Source: Perna viridis (Eukaryota). From it: a stretch of DNA of 64,000 bases. The translations under genes and the position numbers were made by a program. This document shows, piece after piece, positions 26,501-36,865 of the stretch. Position 1 is the first letter of the stretch; each line of letters opens with the position of its first letter. The stretch lies in the NCBI GenBank assembly GCA_037379345.1, contig CM074522.1:3906001-3970000 (forward strand), written 5' to 3'. Below the pieces are notes generated by a model. That model was not told the origin of the DNA. It did not search any database and saw nothing but the letters and a program-made list of their open reading frames with translations.

Positions 26501-29500
26501 GTTACAACGGAAATATAGAAACTGAATATAAATTACACAAATGTACAAACTTAGGTCTACCATCAGTTAACTGATATGCCAGCTCCAAGCCAGTTCAAAC
26601 CTATAAAAAATTATGTCCCCATCGTATATAAAATCAATGCAAATTATTACTCCTTCCCATGCAGGTTTGCGAATCGCGGTACATCAAAGGTCATGCAATA
26701 AGGACACAACCCATATCATACCGAAATCTGCTTTTAAAATCTACTGAACCACCTCTATCTGTAATAGATAGTCTTCCCTTTTTCACCGAATGGCTCACTG
26801 TTCTGGATTTTCATCCGGTGTGCTTGGGTTTTTTTGTATGTAACATTTCATTTCTATTGTGTTTTACGATTTGTCAATTTAAAACGTCTAGCTCGTATAG
26901 TACGTTACAATTAAGACAGTTCAAAGTATCTTTAATGGGTATATCACCATCGATATAGCCAAGTATGCAATATTACAGTGTTGTAAATGACATCCATTAT
27001 TATAGTTACGATAACGTAACCCTGTGTCCTATACTCTCCCAACATCGGCACGATTCTATCTCATTGCTCATAATGGCGCAACATTGCTTCCGAATGCGAA
27101 CAAATAGGTGACGTAAACTACTATAAACATTTAGTACAACGTATATTAACCATAAATATATTATATTTTCTTGCACCAGTTGTTTCTATTCAAGTTCCAA
27201 CTGCATTTTGTTCTCTTTGCGTTCATTTAAACCTTTACTTCATGCAGAATAATTTTACTTCAGAATAATAATATTGGACAATATCTTAATATTGTTGCTA
27301 GCCAAATATAAATCAACATGATTTTAAAGTTCAGTCCGAGGTTATACATTTCAGACAACATATAAATAGAAAAAATGAAACATCCTGTCTTTTTTGCTTA
27401 TTTTACAGATTTTATTCAATTTTGATTGATTATTTGTGTGATGTTATTTTGTTCAGTGTTAAAAGAAATATAATTATTATATGACCTACGTTTAAAATTG
27501 TACTTCTTTTAAAACAAATGATCATTACTTGTAGCGCAATTAGAAAATAAAAGTGGACTCGATTGAGGCTAAAAACTCACATCTTACATCAACGGTCGAA
27601 AGTCTTCAAAATACAATTGCTGACCTTAAAGAAATTTTAGCAGAAACTACTAATGGAAATAAGAAAACAGCTGGTAACATAAAGCGACTACTAACAAATG
27701 GTAAACTTAAAAATAAATGAAATACTGTCTATTTTTTTTTCATTACATTTATCATAACATTGCACTTTGAAATTGTATATAGTAAATATTTTTTTAAGTC
27801 CATGTAAGAAGCAAAATAAATTATAATTCGCAGTTTTTAGTGGAGTCCGTTTGTTTGTTTGTTTGTTGGTGTTTAACGTCCGAGCAGCAGTATTTCAGCT
27901 ATAGTCAGACGATGAATATGAATTTGATGATAAAATGAACATGAAATGATGAAATGAAAAAGGGATGGGACACAAGGACAATGGGGTCGAAAAATTTTGA
28001 TTGCCACTGGAAATAGGGAGAGGTGGGTAGGGTCGGGCAATTTAGCCTCCTGTGGCGGAGCCCTATGGTTCCTACTCCGGGAGAATACCAAAGCAGGGTT
28101 CTTTAACGTGCGAGGAACGTGGAATCTTTCCCAACACGGTGCACCACTATGGTTTGCGGTCAGGTTTTCCGTATTATAGCCTGACAACCCCAGCATGTAA
28201 CACGCCAGGGGTACCCCATTCCACCACCTGGGGCACACATCCCAGTTGCTCTGTGAGCAGAGCGCCCTAGCCCCCGGCTAGGGTTCTGAGCTCTATTTAG
28301 TCGCCTTTTACGACAAGCTTAGCGCTGCTGCAGGCCTATTCTTTTAACACCCGGACCTGCACGGGGATATTGGAGTCTGAGTTGCTCATTTACTTTTGTT
28401 ACTTTGTATGTATGATTTTAGTTACTTATGTTCTTTGTTGTGTATGTCTGTTTTCCATGTCTGGTCTTTGTCCCTGGATTACATTATAACCTTGGTTCCC
28501 TTGATCACTCTTTCGAAATAAGCATGTCAAAAACCTACCAATCGGACAATACGCTTTAACTGAAGGAAATCTTATTTATTTGAAATGACCATTTCATTTG
28601 ACCTCTGCCTGACTTGGAAGTGTTGGAAATTTTTCATTAGAAAGTAAAAACAAATAGTGGTTTGAGAGAGTTATATGTCCCCAAAATTATCATTTGCAGT
28701 GCATTTAAGCTCATTAGACGAAATGGAAAACATGATCTCTATTCCTTTTTTTTTCGGTGGTATAAATAGTCAGGTCAAAGTGGTAGATTAATTCATATCA
28801 TTTCTTGGTCACTTCATGATTCTTACACCTTATCCGTAGGTTTCTCTAAATGATTAGAGCAACACACAAAAAGTTAGAAAACATGGTACTATAAATTCTG
28901 AAAATGACACGAGGTTGCCTACCTACGGAATATGCTATTTCATATCGCATTGACAACTCTGCTTCCAAAACATCCAGCGACCTACATGCAGCACTCATCC
29001 TTAAAGAGAATTGCTCTTAAAGCACGATATAAAGGTCAATGCAACTTCTTACGGAATGGCCCCGTGCAGGTCCGGGTGTCAAAAGAATAGGCCAGCAGTA
29101 GCGCTAAGCTTGTCGTAAAAGGCGACTAAATAGTGCTCAGAAACCTAGCCGGGGGCTAGGCGCTCTGCTCACAGAGCAACTGGGATGTGTGCCCCAGGTG
29201 GTGGAATGGGGTACCCCTGGCATGTTACATGCTGGGGTTGTCAGGCTATAATACGGAAAACCTGACCGCAAACCATAGTGGTGCACCGTGTTGGGAAAGA
29301 TGCCACGTTCCTCGCACGTTAAAGAACCCTGCTGTGGTATTCGGTAGGAGTAGGAACCACTGCGCTCCGCCACAGGAGGCTAAATTGCCCGACCCTACCC
29401 ACCTCTCCCTATTTCCAGTGGCAATCAAAATTTTTCGACCCCATTGTCCTTGTGTCCCATCCCTTTTTCATTTCATCATCATTTCATGTTCATTGTATCA

Positions 29501-30203
29501 TCCAATTCATGCTCATCGTCTGAATGTAGCTGAAATATTGCTGCTCGGACGTTAAACCCCAACAATCAATCAATCAATCAATCAATCTTACGGAATGATT
29601 CATTCAATCGGAAGTTTATAACAATACACAAAGACATCCAAGTTCGAATATGTATCTCGTATTAATTATGCAGATCTTTTAGTCTTTGCACGAATATTTT
29701 ACCGCATCCTTCACTAAATTGTAATACTCGACATTAATTATTTGCAAATATATTTTTCTTCGATAGGGAACTTTAGTTCACAGACGACTTCGGTAGCATT
29801 TGCAGCATGTCTGACGCATACCATAGACTCTCTTGGGTCTCATCAACTTATTGAATATGATAACGTTATCACAAATGTAGGGAATGCGTATGACGTGAGA
29901 CATGGACATTTCGTATCGCCATTAAAAGGAATATATCTAATAACTGTGACGGCTTATGGTTGGAGTACTGCGTCTTATACTCTTGCATTAGACTTAGTCC
30001 TGAACGGTGAAGGGAAGGCAACACTTTTCGCTGATGGCAGACAACACGAAGAGGACATAACAACTATATCATGGCCTTTTGTATTAGAAGCAGGAGATAT
30101 GATGTGGGTAAGGAACCATGCCGGCTACGAAGGAAAACACATGATGGGATCTCCTATTTGGAACATGAATTCGTTTTCAGGTGTTCTTATTCAAGCATTG
30201 TAA
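23553..30203 (+). CDS. Secreted C1q-domain-containing protein (signal peptide + coiled coil + gC1q); exon 2 has an apparent +1 frameshift
   Basis: Exon 23553-23634 (MAWRVLLVFGFTFLVSAETQQDVFRRL), exon 27535-27700 (coiled coil ..VDSIEAKNSHLTSTVESLQNTIADLKEIL..KRLLTN), exon 29767-30203 (VAFAACL..IEYDNVITNVGNAYDVRHGHFVSPLKGIYLIT..LEAGDMMWV..NSFSGVLI), a typical gC1q domain. Confidence 0.85.
23738..24136. mobile_element. Second copy of the TTAA-flanked MITE, in intron 1 of the C1q gene
   Basis: End-to-end homology with 1663-2067 and the same termini. Confidence 0.75.
25434..25620 (-). mobile_element. Second degenerate Penelope-like RT remnant
   Basis: Nucleotide homology to about 44890-45050 (TATTTATGGCGTTCAAGGAAAT..GAATCAATTGTGAAATATA..CATATGCAGGAGATGAAG). 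Confidence 0.7.
27850..28366 (-). mobile_element. Family A element, full-length copy nested in a family B element
   Basis: Imperfect TSD TGGAGTCCG (27841-27849) / TGGAGTCTG (28371-28379); the flanks join into a family B sequence. Confidence 0.88.
29059..29585 (+). mobile_element. Family A SINE-like non-autonomous retroelement, full-length copy
   Basis: 12-bp TSD TCTTACGGAATG (29047-29058 / 29586-29597). Starts GCCCCGTGCAGG; internal GCACGTTAAAGAACCC (Meta-domain-like); tail GCTGAAATATTGCTGCTCGGACGTTAAACCCCAA followed by (CAAT)n. Confidence 0.9.
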
Positions 30204-30354
30204 AATGAAGCTTCGATTCCATAAATTTGACAGCGACGTGGTAGTTTCCGTTTATTAATTAAAAAATGTCGGCGAAACGCAAATGCTAAATTCTGATCTT
30301 TAAGATCAAGAACAAGTTTAATGGACTACTAAATTTTTCGTTTGTCTACCGCGG

Positions 30355-30606
30355 ACTTAACTTTTTATGAGCAACTCAGCGGGTGTTTCTAGAAAAGCAG
30401 AGGACGCTTACCCTACCGGTGCACCTGGTCCATGCTCCCAGTTTTTAGTGGAGTCAGAGTTGCTCATTTGCTTTTGTTACTTTGTTTGTATGATTTTAGT
30501 TACTTTATGTTCTTTGTTGTGTATGTCTGTTTTCCATGTCTTGTCTTTGTCCCTGGATTACATTCTTTTGATTACCGCTATAACCTTGTTCCCTTGATTA
30601 CTCTTT
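30355..30606 (+). mobile_element. Family B interspersed repeat (~250 bp), most complete copy; probably derived from a Penelope-like retroelement end
   Basis: GAGCAACTCAGCGGGTGTTTCTAGAAAAGCAGAGGACGCTTACCCTACCGGTGCACCTGGTCCATGCTCCCAG..TTCCCTTGATTACTCTTT. About 11 copies, mostly 5'-truncated with a shared 3' end. Confidence 0.8.
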
Positions 30607-31008
30607 GAAAAGTATTAATTTCCAAGACAGATAGTAATACCATGCCGACACCTAACTAATGTTGAAGTGATTTTTATAGAAAAAGACCATGGAAGGCAAA
30701 TATCCAACATCTATATTGAATATAAAAAAAATACTTTCGTGCCATACATGATATATTATGACATACCTCACATTATTGTAGTTGTTGAATATGCTGTTGT
30801 TATACTTTTCATGAAAACTGACGGTTTCGTTTGAATTAACTATTAACGGGTCTTTCGGACACAACCGAGATACAACCCAAATCAATGTTCTTTACAAAAT
30901 TTCTAAAAAACATGACTTATCAAAGGCAAATATGTTTAAAAAGATTTATTTTTCTACTTTTTTTCAATAAGTCAACATTAACAATGTATAATCTACCTTT
31001 GAATTGCA

Positions 31009-34000
31009 CTATATATAGACTACATATTTCTGAAAAGTGGCATATATAAAACACAACATATATACAATGAAATTGTTCGTATCAACTACGACACCACTTT
31101 TGGAGCCATCGCTGTCATCTCCGCCGGAAATGTCACATGATTTTACAGTCTTCCAATCGCATATGCCGTCTTCATCACGTGAACAATAGCCTCGCTCCAA
31201 TAAACATGTGGCATTACTAGATAACTCACACAAATTTATTGTTTCGGTTCCATTAGTGTCCTCTTCAGTTAGTTGGAAATCTACAACCTGTACCAATAAA
31301 ATGAAAACATTACAAATTAAAAATCCTCGACCATCGGATACAATAATATATTGCGCAAACTTTTACCAAAGCTATGGTGAAGACAACATCGTTGGGTATA
31401 TGTGCTTGTTTTGACTATCTTTTTTTCCCTTTTGTTTAAGCTTTAAAATGATTAAATGAAGACATGTTACGCTAACGAAAATGAAACTACATTTTTCACT
31501 TAAAAAGGAAAAAAGGACTATTTAAATCTCCTTTATTGAATAAAGTATTACTTTTAGAAGGACACATGCAAAAATTAAGAAAGTATCTGAACATTGTATG
31601 AATTATTAAAAACAAAGAAACACAATGAAGTCACACAATGCACGTATACAATATTCATTGACATACATCCACACAATTCTCTGACACGCGGTTACCTTTA
31701 ACGTTGCACAGGGAGTATATCTTACCTGACAGCTACAGTTATAGTAGTGCGTTATGTGTTCAACATCTCCCTGCAGGGGAACTTCATAATTCACAAGCAC
31801 TGGTAGGTATGTTCCATTCTGTTTGTTGGCTATTTTGTCATTTGAAAACAAAAATAGTCACAGTATATGCATTGTTATTTTAAAACATGTACATGTATTA
31901 TAAGATTACACGTACTCTAAACTATCGTACAAGTATTAGCTTTGAAAATTCTAAAAAGGATATCGAGAGCTTCGCTGTGTCATATATATTTAGTTGGTAC
32001 AATAGTGTCGTTCGGAAATCTTTCATTATTTTCCGCGAATGTTTAGTTTCTAACTACTCATTTATTAAAAAAAAACCAATTTCTTATGACAATTCTATGT
32101 ACAGACTTCTTTAAAAGACTATAAAAACGATATACAAAAGTTCAACATTTCTATTTAGATAATAAATACTGCCGTTGGCTAAAAGCATCTTTTTTTCAAA
32201 CACTTGCTATGTATAGGTCACACAGTGTCCACGTCAATTAACCGAGACAAGACAAACTGTGTGTTTGTTTGTTTGTTTGTTGGGGTTTAACGTCCAAGCA
32301 GCAATATTTCAGCTATATTCAGACGATGAACATGAAATGGATGATAAAATGAACATGAAATGAAAAAAAAAAGGATAGGACACAAGGACAATAGGGTCGA
32401 CAAATTTTGATTGCCACTGGAAAAAGGGGGGATGGGTAAGGTCGGGCAATTTAGCCTCCTGTGGCGGAGCGCAAAGGTTCCTACTCCTATCGAACACCAC
32501 AGCAGGGTTCTTTAACGTGCGAGGAACGTGGCATCTTTCCCAACACGGTGCACCACTATGGTTTGCGGTCAGGTTTTCCGTATTATAGCCTGACAACCCC
32601 AGCATGTAACACGCCAGGGGTACCCCATTCCACCACCTGGGGCACACATCCCAGTTGCTCTGTGGGCAGAGCGCCTAGCCCCCGGCTAGTTTCTGAGCAC
32701 TATTTACTCGCCTTATACGACAAGCTTAACGCTGCTGCAGGCCTATTCTTTTAACACCCGGACCTGCACGGGGCACAAACTGTGTGTATTTCTATTTTAA
32801 GATCGTGCGTCGTATTATTTAAGAATTAATTTTGCACTACGAACTTTTTTAACATGAATGCATTTCAAGGAGTCCAGTCATGATCATTTATTCAACTGAA
32901 AAGTTTTCTCAGCTACCTGATTAATGTTATTTTACACCATATGAAATCGTCTGCTTAAGAATATTTAATCTATCAAATGTGAAATTTTTGTAACAGTCTG
33001 GGAAGTTGGCTTTTTTTTTAAATTTACACATTCTATCCTTTTTCACAAGGGACTGACATACACATTTTGAGTTTGTCTTTTTTTTTTTTTTAGAATCGGA
33101 CCTGAATTGTTGAATCGTTTCTGTCCCGACATTTGGTATTCGGCAATTGACCAATTAAATGCCATGTTATGAATCACTATAAAAGGAGTCGCAGCTTCTG
33201 ATAGAAAGAGAGTAATCAAGGGAACCAAGTTTATAGTGGTAATCAAAAGAATGTAATCCAGGGACAAAGACCTGACAAGGAAAACAGACATACACAACAA
33301 AGAACATAAAGTAACTAAAATTGTACATACGAAGTAACAAAAGCAAAAGAGCAACTCGGATTCCACAAAAAAAAAAAAAACTGGCAAGTTCGTAATTTCA
33401 TTTATTCAAAATGGCGTGTATATCACAAGGCATTAAATGTTTCGCTTTTGGAAGCGAAGCAAAAGGTACGAAAACACTTCAAATAAATACAGTACATACG
33501 GAAATTTTTGTGGCGTTTTTCGCTGAGATGTGTAAACGCAAATACAATGTTATCGAGAATATTTTCTATAGAATAGACAACAAGATAACTGATTAACCAT
33601 TGTGAATGGGGAATTGCCACGAAAATACATTGATAGGATAATCTCCAAAGAAAATGACAATGCAAAACTTCTTAGTTTATAGTGAACGAACAAACAAGTA
33701 AACGATCAAAGGAATGAACGAATCTTGACAACTTCGATTGTATAAATTTCGCTAAACATCTGAGGAATATGCAGCGAGCAGTTATTTAATAGATTGAGTG
33801 ATCAACATAACAACTCAGTGCAATTTAGCATTCTTAAATATGATACAAATGAATATTCATAAATATAACCTACCAAATATAAGATACTTCTTGTTAAGCA
33901 ATATCCTCTGGCTGGTATTCTCACAATGGGATGGTACAATGATTTGACCAGTAAAAGTCCTGAAAAACTCTCTTCCATTCTGCAAAGGATATGTATTTCA

Positions 34001-35717
34001 ATTATTGAATTGATCATTATAATTTTCAAATGTAATTTAGTCTAACTTGAACTGATTTTTCTAATTAAATCAGAGATGACGACATTCTGTGAAAAAAATG
34101 TATTTCGTCAGATCCATTTTTTCTGGTTTTCCTATAAGGATAAATCCACGACTTTGAGTTATCCACAAAATACAAACTACCCGCTGAACAATTAGGGGCT
34201 ACAGAAACACAAATCCACGTATTACAATACCGTGATACCCAATTTCCGGTTTTTGCCTTATTATCGCCATTTGTTATCTATTGATTTGTTTGGCTATTAG
34301 TTGGGTAGTTTTTTTTTTTTTTTTTGCTTTTAATTATCTTGAGTATCTTAGCATGTGTTTACATTTATAAGTACTAAACAAAACGAATTGTAAATTCGTT
34401 TAAGTAACTCTGCCATGTTTATATTTGAGCATTTTTTCCCTTTTAAATTTTGATTTCATACAAATTTAGTCTAAATAACGTCGTTGGAATAGGTATTTAT
34501 CTATAATGGACTTTAAACGGAGTCAATACGTTATTTAAGGACCCATCGTTATATTCAAACGGGTCCATATATAACGTATTGACTGAGAACAAATCTGATT
34601 TTTTTATATTCAGATCTAAAAAGTGCATTTTGGAAATGATACTGCATTTTGTGTATTCGAAATTACATGGGATTCGGCATGTTATTCAAGTTTCATTCAA
34701 ATCGGTGCACTTTGGAATGTTGGCGTGAAAATCGGTCACCATGGCAACGGCAACTTTCGCATCGTCCAGAAATCTAAAAGTTTGCACTCGGCTTGTCAAA
34801 TTCATCCTAAAACCCAAGTTCCATCCGAAACGGAACATTTTGAAATTAGGTGGGTAAATCGGTTGGCATTGCAACGGGCAAAAATCCTTTTCTGTTAAAA
34901 GAAATATTGTTAAGCATGTTAAACTCTATACCACTGTACTAAATTTCAAGCTCCTAGTCACCTCGGTTGTCGAGATATTGGAAAGGTTTGCTTCCAAGTC
35001 TATTTTTTTTAAATATAGCGTCAATAAAAATAACAATAGCGTTTATTTAAGGAATGACTGTCATATTTTTTTGGTCTATAAAAAATAACACCAATAACGT
35101 AGTGTACACGAAATAACCTTCAAATAGACCGAAAAATCCTTATAATTTTATTTTAGTATCAAATCATTCTAAAAGTATTTTATCCATGCAATCAGAAAGC
35201 GTGTTACTTATGAAAATTAAATTGTAAGTATAAATAAAACATGGCTTATCCTTTGAATCACGTGGCCCTGATAACCAATGAAAATAGAAGAATGCCACAC
35301 GTGTAATATTAAGTTATATAGACCATCGTGACCATTGCGTCTTGGTTGATCTGAAGGTAATGCTTGTGTACGAGTACAGTACATCTCACGCCCCTTGTTT
35401 TAGACAGATCCTTGCCCCCTAAAGGCGAGACTGTCTGAAACGGGGCCCTGTGGTACATTTATATCTACATTACTTCATCTTGAATGTAAAAAAGTTTAAA
35501 ATGACAAAAATATTAAATTTCTGGGTTAAATGCTAGCTTATGAATATGGACCGGTTGGTCGCCCCAAAGAAGTTTATATTTAGTATATATACATGTACCT
35601 TGAAAGTATGTATAATATCAACGTTGTATGTTCTATCACTTTTGTTGTTATTTTGGTCATCTGTTATATTTTCCGGTGGACTCTTGTAGAACCAACTCTT
35701 TACAACGGCTTCGAATA
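31009..35717 (-). CDS. TIMP/NTR-fold-like protein with C-terminal GPI-anchor-type signal; N-terminal exon(s) uncertain
   Basis: Phase-consistent exons 35717-35599 (FEAVVKSW..RTYNVDIIHTFK), 33979-33874 (..PSHCENT..LLNKKYLIF), 31829-31726 (..THYYNCSCQ), 31287-31009 (..LCELSSNATCLLERGYCSRDEDGICDWKTVKSC..SGGDDSDGSKSG plus hydrophobic tail). Spacing resembles TIMP V.AKV / Y.V.I..FK / C...L..KKYLI / Y..C.C / C....G.C.W. Confidence 0.65.
32265..32774 (-). mobile_element. Family A element, full-length copy
   Basis: 13-bp TSD ACAAACTGTGTGT (32252-32264 / 32775-32787); same 5' start GCCCCG; (CAAA)n tail. Confidence 0.9.
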
Positions 35718-35804
35718 CTGAAATATAAGGAATATTTGCAATAAATAGTAGAAAATTGACAAGTGTCGCTATGAGAGTTTAGTATTTTCTTTCTTGCATG
35801 ACAG

Positions 35805-36103
35805 CATGCTCGCCTCGAGTGCGGAAGGTCATGTGTTGATCCTCAACGATTTTATAATTAGCAGTCACTGCTTTCCCGCCAAGCAAGCGGATTGAGTGCT
35901 ACGATTTGTTGGTTCAGAATCAGAATAAAGTGTCAGAATGGGGTGGCATGTCCTCTGCATTGTATGAGCTAGCATTATAAACATCCGGCTCAGCCTGTCG
36001 GACTAGTATAAAACAGGGTCTATTCGATTGATCAATGATTCTCTTCCTGAAATGCTTGAAGTATCTACCGTATGACGTAAAACAAAAACCAATCAATAAA
36101 TCA
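35805..36103 (+). mobile_element. Degenerate tRNA-derived V-domain SINE
   Basis: tRNA-like head remnant (GCATGCTCGCCTCGAGTGCGGAAGGTCATGTGTTGATC), V-domain-like CTGCTTTCCCGCCAAGCA..TTGGTTCAGAATCAGAATAAAGTGTC, and tail GACGTAAAACAAAAACCAATCAAT. Confidence 0.6.
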
Positions 36104-36616
36104 TAAGTCGTGTACTTTTTAATGCCGTCTTTAGCTTTCTTCTTTTTAAACATTTTTAAGAAAAATTTTCTGTCTCCCTTTCGAGATCATACAATGTCAT
36201 TTTTCATCGTATGTATTATGGGGGATTGTTAACAAGTTCTGTTCATATATCTTAAAATAAAGGTAGTCGACACAGTAAAAGTTGTTCTTTTTACTTATAA
36301 TTCTCTACATTGCATTCAGGAAATAACATATGGCACGCAATTTCAATTTTTGATAGTTTTTTTTCATTTTTTAACGGCACTAAGTTATCAGAATTTGGCC
36401 TATCGTGAAACAGAATTGCGATCAGGTGATTTGTGTTTTCATGGAAAAGCGTCGTTAAGGTCAAAGGGTAAAAAGCGGAAATAAACCAACTGTGTCGGAA
36501 TAAATTAATTGAATTTCGGTCTCATACAGCTATAGAATACAATATAATATGTATTAATCGAAGGTCCTATAGCATATATAACATTTATATACATTTATAA
36601 TAATCCGACAGTTATA

Positions 36617-36865
36617 AGGGAGTAATCAAGGGAACCAAGGTTATAGCGGTAATCAAAAGAATGTAAACCAGGGACAAAGACCAGACATGGAAAACAGACA
36701 TACACAACAAAGAACATAAAGTAACTAAAAACATACATACAAAGTAACAAAAATAAATGAGCAACTCGGACTCCACTAAAAACTGGGAGCATGGACCAGG
36801 TGCACCGATAGGGTAAGCGTCCTCTGCTTTTCTAGAAACACCCGCCGATTTCCTCATAAAAAGTC
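36617..36865 (-). mobile_element. Family B repeat, near-complete copy
   Basis: Reverse complement of the 30355-30606 copy, including the structured head. Confidence 0.8.

Noticed and set aside
29059-29140. Canonical HDV-like or pistol ribozyme call for the family A head
   Set aside because: The nested P1/P2/P3/P1.1 order of HDV could not be built, and pistol's P2 strand before the pseudoknot strand is missing. Left unclassified.
30367-30597. Recurrent hydrophobic ORFs ..SRKAEDAYPTGAPGPCSQFLVESELL..
   Set aside because: Translation of the family B repeat; the hydrophobicity comes from its T-rich tail.
12803-32647. Recurrent 112-122 aa ORF MCPRWWNGVPLACY.. in several copies
   Set aside because: It lies inside family A, starts at a non-ATG codon, and copies differ by frame-breaking indels. 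It is a by-product of a GC-rich repeat.
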